A stretch of 64,000 nucleotides of DNA from Asterias rubens (lineage: Eukaryota): contig NC_047065.1 of assembly GCF_902459465.1 (NCBI RefSeq), forward strand, positions 7,874,001 through 7,938,000, given 5' to 3'. Position 1 is the stretch's first letter, and each line of letters begins with the position of its first letter. A model generated the notes under the pieces. That model worked only from the letters and a program-made list of their open reading frames with translations, was not told where the DNA came from and ran no database searches. A program made the position numbers and the translations under genes. Positions 1 to 12,500 of this stretch are shown piece after piece.

Positions 1-495
1 TCTTACATGTATATGAGCGTGACATTGGAATGTTTTTAATTTGAAAAGAACACTTCGAAAGCGAGAAATTTTGCAACAACAGCTGTACAAAATATTAACA
101 GTAGCTCTATGGTTTAACCAACCTTTATCTTCAAGTATGCGCTAATCCTCCAATCAGATTCGCAGAATGGAGTGGTGATAGAAACCTACATTGCAAGGCT
201 AATATCACTACCTGTGTCTTGTGTGTTCTACGTCACGCGCCAAGTTTGCTTGAAGATAAATATGGCGAACCAGCTGCATGTTATAAGTTCACACGCGCAT
301 TCATGGAAAAAAACGGGAAAAAAGCGCTTCTGCGTCCCATATCCAACTCGGCCTTCGTTGGATATGGGACGGAGAAGTGCTATATTTTTCCGTATTCCAC
401 TCGCGCTTGTGTGAACTTATAATATGCAGCTGGTTCTCCTGTACCTGCATGTACATTATGATGAGTTAAATAAGGTATTAACTTTGATTCCACAG

Positions 496-579
496 AGAGA
501 TATCCATACAGGTGACTAGTCATATTGTTAAAGCTGATGATGGTGGATTGGTGATTATAGGAGCTAGCCTAAGAGACAG
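496..579 (+). CDS. FG-GAP gene exon (EISIQVTSHIVKADDGGLVIIGASLRD)
   Basis: ttccacag acceptor, AG|gtatca donor; phase 2 joins the next exon as AGG (Arg). Confidence 0.8.
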
Positions 580-3500
580 GTATCACAAGGAAGCTAAAAT
601 TCGGTGAGTATGGCTAGCCTAAATTGATTGCTGTGGTTGTTTGCTACAGTAACAAGATTCATAGTTTATTAAAAACATTTAAATTAGTTGACATAGCCAA
701 AACTACATTGAATTTATAAAATTTACAGTTAAAACATTAAAATTATACAGACAGATCAAAATTGGGTTTTGGCATTAAAAAAGAGGCTGCAAAAAAAGCA
801 CACAGGAATTCAACTTAGCGAGTGAGTAGAAAAATATTAGTCCCCCCCCCCAAAAAAAAAAAAACATTTGACGTCAAATTTCAAAGCTTTTGATTAAGAT
901 CAGGCCTAAAGAACCTGGCAGGTACCTGTCAGATGTACCTTTGACTTTGCTTGCAATACATGTCATACCATAGTACGCATATAATACTCCGGTGTGCTTT
1001 ATTAGTCTGGTAGTTGTGCTTCAAATTGAAGTTTAATGCATTTGCGACCACCACCTGTCTTGATAATTACAGGGGACCAGTCTAAAGCTTCCTGCGCTTC
1101 CTTTATTTTGGAGTTCTATGACGTTGGCTCCTGTAAAGTTTACCATCAATACAACTCACAATTTTTCTGTGTGAACGGGGCTGGATTTCACAAAGCACTA
1201 TTAGATTTATCTCATGACGAGTTGTCAGTGTAGCCATAGTGATTGTGTCGTGACATAGCTCTTTGCTTAGCAATTAAGATTGATACCCACTTAAGATTTT
1301 GTTATCTCCATTCTCAAGAAATTGACTCAAAATGATTGTTTTGTGTCCAGGCATGATCACAAGAAACCAGATCAACGCCACGTTCACAGAGAAGAAGAGG
1401 ATGAGGAGGAGGACCAAGATGAAGAAGGACAGAAAGTAAGAATTCTCATTTACATTCATCCATCTTGTGTGCTGTCATGGAAAAGCTCCATTCAAGATTT
1501 TATGAGGTTCATCATACAAAACTTGGAAACTATACTTCCTTTTCACCATAAGATTAGTTTACATTAAATAACTTGGGTCATTAAACTTGATGTATCTGCA
1601 GTTAATCTGCCTGGGGCAGTCAGCAGCCCAACTGGTTTGTGCATGATCCATTTAAGTCCACTGTTCGGTGAAGGTATTACATGGAGATACCAGGTGCGAG
1701 TTGTCAGATGAAAAGGATGTTTTATTCTAGCCTCTATCTTTAGAGCTTTCCCGTAGTTCACATTCATATGTCCAATGCGAATATCTTTTCTACCAAACTT
1801 GTGAATTTTATCAAGGCAAAAAAACAAAACCATCCATTATTAGATGGTGCGGTTTTCATAAGAAAATGCATGGAGATAATAACAGGTGTTAGTTGTCAAA
1901 TGCAAAGGATGACGTTTTAATCTATAGCCTCTTTCTTTAATGGCACTTTCCAGCAGTACACATTCACATGTTCAATGCATAGACAAATGACAAAGCTATG
2001 TATCTTTATTAGCAAGTTTGTAAATCAAGGCAAAAAACAAAATCATTCCTGATTAGATGGTGTGGGTTTGATTCATAAGAAAATGCATACAAAATCGTAG
2101 CAGATTTTTGTATGGTAGATTTTCTTTCATGGTTTTAAACTAAATGTTTTATCTTTAGAAAGCTGAGCCTGTGGTGAATCATTTCTCTACATTTGCACTG
2201 AGTGGTCACGATGGCTCCATCAGATGGCATCATTTACCTGGTGACTTTGGAGAACGTACTATTACACAGGAGGTAATGAGCATCAGTTCATTATTTGTGT
2301 CCCAAAGATTTCTCATGTTTTCCATATTCAATCCCTTAAGTGCTTATCAGTTTTTTTTCAAATGCCTTTTATGGTAGTTTGATATAGTTGATTCGAATTC
2401 CCATCCATGCTTTAGTAATTTGTCATCCCGATTACTGCAATAGTCTATCTATGGATTGCCCGACTCACAGCTCAGAAAACTCCAAATCATTCAAAACTAA
2501 GTGGCTCGTCTCATCACCCGGTTAAGAAAACGCGATTCAATTACTCCAGCTTTGCAATCTCTCCATTGGCTTCCTATTCATTCTCGCATCATCTTCAAAA
2601 TTCTCCTTCAAACATTTCAATACAGTCGTGGAAGTGGACCAACTTACCTGAAAGATCTACTCACTTCATACATTCCTGCTAGAAACCTCCGTTCTGCTAA
2701 GAAAGACACCCTCGTTATCCGTAATGTTGCCACCAAAGTGTATGGTCAACGTAGTTTTCAGATTGCTGCACCTCATTTATGTAACAATCTCCCTCTACAC
2801 GTCAAACAAAAGATTAGAAATAGATTACGCGCGCGCTTAGAAATAGATTACGCGCTGTTACATATAGCTATGAATTGTGCTGACCTTGTGATAATATTGG
2901 CGCCCGACACGTGGAAGCCAGCTGGTTATAAACAGCTCCAGCTGGTCATTATTAACCGTTTAAACACCCCCACGTGATGTGCTCTCCACCAATAGAAGTG
3001 GGGTATTTATGAAAGGAAGTTAATGTCATGCGAACGTACGACAGCTGCAAGTGGTTGTGTGTAAACAGAAAACAAGAGCAATCCTCCAACAGAGCCTTGG
3101 GGGACGCCAGGTATTAGACAAGTTGAAGCGGGATCTTGTGCCATTGACTGAGATATACTGATGATGGTCGCTATAGGTAAACAATTTCAGCGCCAAAGAT
3201 GTGACGCCAAAAGTCTCTAGCCGCGCAGCCAGGACAGAATGCTTCACCGTGTCAAATGCCGCTGAAACATCGATTGGAATGTGACACGTTCTGGCGATGG
3301 ATTACAAGCCCTGTTGTCCTTCCATTGTCTCTCTATTTATTTCTTGACATGCTTTCCTTGAGCTATATTATTGTTGTACCAGCGCTTGATACAGATAGCC
3401 TTGGTCTTCACAGGAGCATGTTTGCTCAGGGTTTCAAGAACAATGGAGTTGAAGCTGCCAACAGCAATGTCAGGGTCATCATTGTCACACTGCTGAGCGA

Positions 3501-6500
3501 TTTCAATCTTGTGAAGATCATCTGAAAATTTCAGCAGTTCAATTGATTTGAAATTCCTGTAAGTGATCATCTTAAGCCCTGGTTCGGGTTTAGAGAGAGG
3601 AAGGTCGCAGAGAATGGCTGATGAGTGGTCGGAAATTCCCCCACTTACACTTACACTAACAATTTGATGGGAAATGGTAGGCTATGCCTATAAATACCCC
3701 ATATCTTTCCAATGTCTATCTAGCTCATTTTTGAAGGCATTTGTTGATTTTGCTCCTATCACATACTTTGGGAGTTTGTTCCATTGGTTTATTACTCTCT
3801 GCGAAAAGTAGTCAGATCTGTTTAGTGACTTGTCTAGTCTTGGTTTGAACAGCTTCAAACTGTGTCCTCTTGTATCTGTCTCAGCCTGATAATTTGAGGA
3901 TTTGAGATCGTTTTAATGTCCAAATTCCTTTACATTAGAAGATCCAAAGTGTTGCTGCGCGTATGAGTAGGCCCGGTGACATCTGTCGACGTCTAGAAGA
4001 CTGAATGAAATCACGAAATGACGATGATTGGGTATTATCCTCATTCATGTGAATATTAGGATCTCTATTGATGATCAGAGATCTTGGCAGCAAAAGATAC
4101 TGGTCCAAAAGGGTAGAAATATCCTCTAGTAAAGTGCTAAAAGGGAATAAAGAGCCCGATGGGCGATATATCATAGCAACATTGGTAGAGCTAGCATCGG
4201 CTGTGATGGAAGCTTGGAGTAGTTCAACAAGATTTATGTTCCGCCAAGGAAGAGGTAGTCCGAAACATGGCAGTTAGTCCTGAAGAGTAGTCCAACTCCT
4301 CCTCCACGCCTTGTCGATCTTGGTTATCAAATAAGAACATATAAAACTATGCACACCATTACTTCACATACCTCTTGAGTTTAGGTTGCATAACTACTTT
4401 TGCAAGTATCTCTTTATTCGGTGCATTGAAACAAAAATGTACACATTTTTTAATTTTATTTTCTTACAAATTTGTGCAAAAATTAAATGTTATTGTTTTA
4501 TTTTCTCTGTTTTCTGTAGGAGTTATTTTCAGCTCATCATTTCAAGCTTGCCCTGCGTAAGGGTTTAAGTCACGCAGGGGAGCAGCAGTGGAATCAGTAC
4601 ACTCATGCCATCCTCAAACAATTGGTAAACAACACTGTTGTTTTATCCGCATAGAGCTAGGACTAGCCTTGTTGAAGTCTACTGAACACAGACTCATTTT
4701 CATCCTTTGGATGGGACGTAAAGCCACTGGTCCCTTGTGTTATGAACCCATTGCACTTGTCGAAAAGAGAAGGGGTTCGCCCTGGTGTTCCTGCATATTG
4801 CGCCACAGCACCTTATAAACCATTACATGGTGCTATGTAAAAGGACTAGGTCTCTAAATTGAAACGTAGTCCCACATACCTAAACACTGTATGTTAAAGC
4901 GCCTTGTTCGTCACTGAGTGATGGACATGCGCGTTGTACAGGGTGTTTAAAAAAAAAAAGTACATTAAGAAAAATGGACATGTATACCAAATGGATTTTG
5001 TATAAGTTTACAAAAATCTGGCACTAAGTAAGGTCCTAGCTTTTTAATTTTGACAGCTGTTCCGCATGAGTGAACACTAGCTAATTACATTTATCAGACT
5101 TTAACTGGCTTGCCTACAAAAATGAAAGGGTTCAAACAGAACCAAACACCATAGACGGGAATGTGAGGTATGTGCTTTGTTGCTCACAAAAAGCCTTGAC
5201 TTGTAAAGGTTTTAAGAACTTTTTCAAGCTCTAGGCTTTCTAATATTTAAAGCTACATCTTTTGATTTTAGAACAAACTTTTACATATAGTGGTTTTATT
5301 TTTCTCTATAATATGAAACAGAAGTGAATCTTTGCATTGAAACAAAAGATTTTTGTGTTAAAATATTCCTAGAATAAGGTATTGCTTTCATAAATCACTT
5401 GCAAACAAAAATATGATCACAGTCGGCTTTGCTTTCACTTTCACACAAAGTATGTCAAGGAATATATTAGCTTTGCTCCTCTGCTTGTTTAAAGGCAGTA
5501 GACACTATTGGTAATTACTCTGCTTGTTTAAAGGCAGTAGACACTATTGGTAATTACTCAAAATAATTATTAGCATAAAACCTTACTTGGTGACGAGTAA
5601 TGGGGAGCTGTTGATAGTTAAAAACATTGTTAGAAACGACTCCCTCTGAAGTCAAGTCATTTTCGAGAAAGAAGCAATTTTTCCACAAATTTGATTTCGA
5701 GACCTTAGATTTAGAATTTTAGGTCTTGAAATCAAGCATCTGAAAGCACACAACTTCCTGTGACAAGGGTGTTTTTTCTTTCATTATTATCTTTCAACTT
5801 TGACGACCAATTGAGCCAAAATTTTCACAGGTTTGTTATTTAATGCATATGTTGAGATACACCAACTGTGAAGGCTAGTCTTTGACAATAGTGTCCAGTG
5901 TATTTAAACTACAAAGGAAATGTCAGGCTTCTTATTTCAATGATATGACTAATTTGTAAACAGCCTCATCGGTGGCAGAGAGGTTATGATACTTCCCTTC
6001 TTCTAGCTCGCATTGTGAAAGACAACGTCAAAACCCCACAGGTAGACACATCCAACGATGGAGTGACACTACCATCATGTGAGTATAACTGTTGCTGCTG
6101 GCTGTCAAGGCATCAAGGCATGTTCTCCTTGGTAAAGGGCACCCTATGAGGAAATTTAACTCTCTGCTGGAGCATTTCAAGGGCACCAAGGCAATGTCCA
6201 GGGGGCATAGATGTCAAAGCCGTTGTTGCCTCTGTGAGGTTTCAGGCCTGTCGTTGATTTCACAAAACTCTTCTTAAATTAGGATTGATCTTATGACTTA
6301 GGACGAGTTCCAACCCTGCACTGATAGCATGCAGACCTTAATATTAATCCTAAGTTAGGACGAGTAACTAGTCCTAACTTGAGATAAGACGAGTCCTAAC
6401 TCTTTGTGAAATCGACGGCTGAATTCTTAATATTTTTGGTTTTTATCAGTGATAAAAGTGCAACATTGCTCAACAATATACACCCTAGATTTAGTAGCAG

Positions 6501-9500
6501 TAACAATATTACTGAGAGGAGAAGCAAAAAACATCCCACTTGCCTTTTGATTGCACTATTTGTAACAATGACTTTAAAGGCAAAGTATACCTTAAGTTTT
6601 TGGAACTGTTTGATTGTTTTAGTGCCTAATAAATATATTTCTACAATAACACTAACATGTGAATATTTCATTTCAAAAGGTGTCTCGATTTTGAGATATC
6701 ACTGGTGCAAATGTCCACGCAGGTCGCAGGAAGAAATAATCCCTAATCTCAGATTCCAATCTTGGGGTGCAAAAACTGGTAGCTGTTTACGTAACCACAT
6801 TACTTCGAAGTGAAATGTTTCTCAAATGCTTCATACTAAGCTGCTGATGTAGGCTTCTAACCGAAAGTTGTTATCACTATTAATTTCAATTGTGATTACC
6901 AAACCTATACCTTCCCTTTAGGTTTGTAAATGTATTCATAACAAATGAGGCAAGCCTCTCCTGATTACTAGTTAAACCTTTACTTATCAAGAAAGCTTTC
7001 AGATAAAGGGTTTATTTTGCTCGTTGTTCGAAACATAACAACTGTTGCTTTGTTTTGGTCTCAGTGATTGGCTTGGATGGGGAACACATTGCTGGATACC
7101 ACTTTGGAGGCCTGAGACCACACAGCCCTACTGAGCATGTCAAGAATCCTAATGCTGTAGTCATTCATATGCATGAGGTAGGATGAATATTCATGTAGAC
7201 TTTACAGAGCTTGATCACCATTCAAATTATGGGGTCTTGAGTCTTGAGTAGAATAATCCCTATACAGCTCACTTAGGAAGCTTAGCTGGGATGGTGCGTT
7301 GGTGACGTCATTGGTCGCTGGTGCAGGGTGCAAAGAGAGAAAAAAAAGGTGCACTTTTTACACTGTGCGAGAGCCAGACTGGGTTTACAGCATCCTAGAG
7401 CCAGCCAGTATATGCTGGCAGCGTAATAGACCTTTTCGCAAATACCGGGGCGCGTGCGTAAAGCTTGGAATTAGGTGCATTGTGGTCTAGCTTGTATCCA
7501 AATTTGATCCATATATATCCCACAATGCACCTCATTCAACAGTCTGCGCTTGCGCATTGGTATTTGCGATAAGGTCTATGTAAAGCAGGCTGGTAGCCAC
7601 ACCGGTCGGCACATGTCTGGTGTAACCCTTTAACCACTGTAACTCTCTATAATCATTTAATTTAGTCAAGTTTTTTCTCGATCTTGGCAATAACATGTTT
7701 CATGTATTAATTTCTGAACAATCTTCTGTCCCGGGTGTGCAATCTTCATTTGCGGAAGTGTGTGATAAACATAGTTTTTAGTGACAACCCCCCCCCCCCA
7801 CCTGTGGTTCAAGTTGAGGATTTATACTTTTGTATGAGCGAAATCCCCAGACCCTATAGGTGAATTGTTCTTTTAGTATTAAAAGGAAATTAAGATATTT
7901 TGTGTGTCATCTTAATCATCAACGAATCCATCATATTGTATAATGTTATTTGAACTGTTGAGAGAATATAGTTGGTTGTACTCTGATTTTGGCATTCTAT
8001 TGTCTGCGGCAGCCGTGGGCACTCAAAAAGAGTTGACACCCACGGCAGTCCTTTGAGGTTGATGGAGTTAACTGGTGATTGTTAGCTGCAACACTCGTCA
8101 ACTCTAACACAATGACACTGGAGTTGGACCACCTTCACTAATGGTTGTAATGTTAAGTCGGTTACTTTGTCGGCAAATTGATGAGTTGCATCTCGAAGGA
8201 GTTAAAGACAATGGACACTATTGGTAATTGTCAAAGACCAGTCTTCTCACTTGGTGTATCTCAACATATGCATGGAATAACAAACCTGTGAAAGTTTGAG
8301 CTCAATTGGTCGTCGAAGTTGCGAGAGAATAATGAAAGAAAAAACACCCTTGTCACACAAAGTTGTTTGCGTTTAGATGGTTGATTTCGAGACCTAAAGT
8401 TCTAAACTTGAGGTCTCGAAATCAAATTCGTGGAAAATTACTTCTTTCTCGAAAACTACATCACTTCAGAGGGAGTCGTTTCTCACAATGTTTTATACTA
8501 TCAACCTCTCCCCATTACTCGTTACCAAGTAAGTTTTTTTGCCTATAATTATTTTGAGTAATTACCAATAGTGTCCACTGCCTTTAAGGAATTTTCATCA
8601 CTCGGCTTCTTGCAATCGTTGAGAAAGGACCTAGAATACGCGAGTCAAAACGCCAATCTGTACCAGAGAGGGTGGTAGATGGGAGAAGAAACAGGCGGAC
8701 TACCCTTGCATGAGCTGCAAGGAAGAAGTCGCCGGGCGACAGGATGCAATGGAGTGCGATGTTTGTCGCCGTTGGCAGCATCGCAAATGTTGCACCACAG
8801 GTAAGTTCAATTAAAATCGCATATGGTAGGCCCTAAGTAGTGAAAAAGTTAAAGTGATACATGTATGTCTCCTTATACAGCCTAGGTTATGATGCAATGT
8901 CAGTTTCAAAAGCTTTCTTTAGAATTAATACTGCATAAGTCATATAGGTCTACAATTAATATGATGCAGAGTACAATTTGGAAGTTTTTGTGACATTAAA
9001 ATTCGCATAAGTAACTGAATAATCTAAAGTATAAAGTACACTTACAATTTGGAGGTTTTCGTTAGACCAAATTGGCATAAGTAATACTGAATAATTTAGA
9101 GTATAAAAGACGCTTACAATTTCAAAGTTTTGGTTAGCGGATTCAATTCGCATATAAATAAGGGGAGAAGCGGAATTTTACATGTAACCCTGTTCAAACA
9201 GACCATGATATAATATTATTATGACCTATAACAAGTTTTGATGGTATAATATACATAATGTACAATACTTTTTTACACAATGATTTCCTAAAGCATAAAG
9301 TATTTTTTTTGTCTGTGCAGCGATCACGTTGTCGTTTTATCGGGCAGCCGTCATCAGTGACAAGCCGATGGACCTGCACGGAATGCATGTGTTTCCAGCT
9401 CCAACACCACAAGAAGGTGACAGAAAGGTAAGAAATATCATATGCTTGGAAAATCAATGGGGGACTTTTGAACACTAGGTGGCAGCAGACTTACCAGGTA

Positions 9501-12500
9501 AATTTCCATTGTTTATGTAGTTCTGAGCATGCGCACATTTCCGAGAACGATGGATTTTACCTGGTAAGTCTGCTGCCACCTAGCGTCCCAGAAGTCTCCC
9601 AAGCATCTGAAAGCACACAACTTGTGCGACAAGGGTGTTTTGTTTTTTTCCTCTATTATTTTTTCGCATCTTCATCGCCAATTGAGATCATCATCGTGAA
9701 TCGCTCATTACGTTTTCTTCTCCTAAACTTAAAGTGTTTGTTTTTACGAACACTGACCATTGACAATGTTAAGACTATTACATGAAGATTATTTATTTTG
9801 GTGCAGATGTGCTCTCCGAAATAAAACATTGACACGTGGCGCCAGCGTTGTGCAGGCGGGCGCTCATTTCTGTTGGGGCCCAATCAACCATGAGCACCCT
9901 GGGAAGCCTGGAGACAAACGGGTTGCGAATCTGATCGTAGACATCAAAGAGGAAGCTGTGGCAGACTTTCTGACCGGCACCTGCAACTGTCAATGAAGTT
10001 TGGATCGAGGCAGTTGGTGACTTTCCATTGCCAGGGCTGCCCAATCCCTCACATTTGGCTCGTCAAGCTAACAGGAAGAGGCAGAGGATGAGGCCGGAAG
10101 ACCCAACAGATCTTACATTCGATCTCCGAGAAGACTTCATTCCAGAGGGTAGTTATTTCTTTACTTAGTTTAGGACAGTTTATGACTTGTGTCTTGGCAT
10201 GACTTAAGTAGAAATGACTTGTGACTTGACATGACTTGAGCAAAAATGACTTGTGACTTGACTTGATTTAAACAAAAATGTCTTTTGACCTGACTTCAGT
10301 GACTTTACATTTAATGTATGGTTCCCAATTGTTGATAATAAACTTTTTTTATTTCTGCCCCTCAGGCTTTCTCAGAAAGGATGTCCGTCGTGGGCGACAG
10401 CGGCACATAATACTGGCGACCAATCAACAGATACATACTCTTGCTGCAGCCAAGAGATGGAATGTTGATGGGACCTTTAAGGTGGTGAAGAGGCCTTTCA
10501 CTCAGTTATTTTCAATTCATTGTTTTGTCCGCCGTGACAATAACATCAAACTAGTGCCGTTGTGCTTTGTCCTGATGAGTTTGAGAAAGAAGAAAGACTA
10601 CGTGGAAGTGTTCCGGGAGTTGAAGGGGTGCTTGCTTGACATGGTTGGGGTAAGATGTATATTGCACGGGAGTTGAAGGGGTGGTTGCTTCACATGGTTG
10701 GGGTAAGATATATATTGCACTTTTTACACCTGATTGTACCATCAACTTTGTTGTTATTTTTTATCAACCTTTATCGGCCTAACAGGCCATGCTACTTTAT
10801 TTATATTTTTTGTTTTGTCCCATAGGAAAGTGGAGCAGTGCCTCCTCGGTAATAAAACAATATTTGTTATCATAGATCGCCAGACGGTGAACCGGAGCGC
10901 TCGGCAACACATTTATTTTTATTCTTTGTTTTGTCCCATAGGATATAAAGGTGGAGCAGTGCCTTCTCAATTTCGAGGCTGCCTGCTGGAGAGCACTGGC
11001 AGATGTCTTCCCCGACGTGTCCTATCACGGATGCGTCTTCCACTGGAAGCAGGCAGTCTGGAGACAGGTACAAGGAGCTGGCCTTCAAGCTGCTTACCAG
11101 AACAAGGATGGGGTTTACAAACTTGTATCTAAGCTGTTGGCCCTCCCATACCTACCAAGTGAGGTTATACCTGTTCTGTTCGAGAACCTCAAGGAGAAGG
11201 CAGCTGGATGTGACATGGTTAAGAGGGTGAGTTTGATGAATGTTTTCATTTTGTTGTAAATTGAGCATTTTGTGTTGTTTTTGTTAATTACATTAGCCTA
11301 TTGGTAGTCTTGGGTAACAACTATGCAAATGTCGATCACAGGGTCATCTTCCAAGCACTGTTGCAATTAATTTACCAGGGGCATCCGCCTATTCCACAGG
11401 GTAAGCCAGTTGTTTATATTGTATGTAATTATTATTTGTCTTTTTCTATGTTTAATTTGCGACAGGTATTTCGGTATGTCGAAGATTACTAGATACATTC
11501 CGATATATGGGAACCATCGCGTTGGACTGCATACCGCCAGACGTGCAGAACCAACAACGACATTGAGGGCTGGCACAGAGCCCTCAACACAGCTGCTAGA
11601 ACCCGGTAACGTTGAGTTCTACAAGCTCTAACCTTACTACACACACAAGGACAGCTTGTGACCCTCCAGATGAGGCTGGTCAACGACAGAAAGCTGACAC
11701 GATACCAGAAGAAGACATACAAGCGGGTTCACGCAAGACTATTCGGGTTGCGGGATAATCTCGACGAGCAGTCCAAAACTCCACAGCAGGTGTTGCGTGC
11801 GTGCTCGCACTTTTGTGGTTCAGTTTAAATTTGAATTTGGGGTTTACACTTGCAATACACTTTTGTGTTTGTTTTCTCAGTCATTTTCGGGGATCATTAT
11901 AACTGACAACAACCTAATTTTGTAATGTGTTTGGATGGGGGTGTTTCTTTTTTCCATTCAACCAAACGTTCTTTAGATTTCAAAAATTCCAGAAATGACT
12001 GTCCAAAAGTGAATTTGAATGATTAAGCGCATGCGCCTTGAAGCGCCTGAGAATTTGACTCCAAGGGTCCACCACTTACTAGAACAATATTATATTTGTT
12101 ATTTATTTTCAACCAAACATTAATTTCCTTATTAGTTTTTTTTTAATTAGTACATTTTGGATACTATTAATTTATTATTACATGTAATTCAGCTTGATAA
12201 TTTTCATTTTGTACTTGGTAAGTTTACTCAATTTTATTTTCAACCAAACTTTTTTTAGTTTTTATTTTATTGGTACTGTTTAGATATTATTTATTATTAC
12301 ATGTAATTTTTACATTACATTTAATAATAAATATAAATAAGTATAAATAAATATTATCAAGTTAAAACTTGATAATATTTATTTATATTTATTTTGTACT
12401 TACAATGTAATTTCCACATGTGTTTTTTTTTCAGAAAGTGTACTGTTTTTTTATTACGTATTTTATGTGTTTTTGGAGAAAATTGGTTGATAAAATAAAA

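Larger units (their letters stand above)
8635..11828 (+). pseudogene. Decayed intron-containing Mutator/Phantom-like transposase (PHD finger + FLYWCH-like + MULE DDE)
   Basis: Segments ~8680-8800 (YPCMSCKEEVAGRQDAMECDVCRRWQHRKC), 9321-9427 (WTCTEC after a frameshift), 9807-10148 (RCALRNK...HEHP; LPNPSHLARQANRKRQRMRPEDPTDLTF), 10366-10649 (WNVDGTFK, FTQLFSIH, PLCFVLM), 10942-11226 (NFEAA..FP..GCVFHWKQAVWR), 11466-11828 (RTNNDIEGWH). Premature TAG at 11490, several frameshifts, second catalytic D reads N. Confidence 0.85.

Noticed and set aside
1036-1233. ORF with an apparent acceptor (ttacag|GGGACC)
   Set aside because: All frames close without a donor, and exons 496-579 and 1351-1435 join directly.
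2501-2977. 158-aa ORF as a host gene
   Set aside because: The N-terminal part is a LINE ORF2 C-terminus and the remainder reads into a repeat module.
4520-4556. Shorter exon using the CTGC|gtaagg donor
   Set aside because: Reading on to 4624 adds the conserved-looking HAGEQQW..Y segment and gives the phase required by the next exon.
5098-5189. Possible extra FG-GAP exon (FNWLAYKNERV...)
   Set aside because: Neighbouring exons already join in phase without it and it shows no family resemblance.
7580-8200. Left terminal repeat of the Mutator element (GAGTTGAC-like words at ~8028-8130)
   Set aside because: The words are scattered and not a reverse-complement array of the right end, and no TSD was found.
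8635-8800. In-frame fusion of host exon 7065-7177 to the transposon PHD exon via AG at 8633-8634
   Set aside because: The phase fits, but the acceptor is purine-rich with no pyrimidine tract and the next transposon exon is frameshifted.
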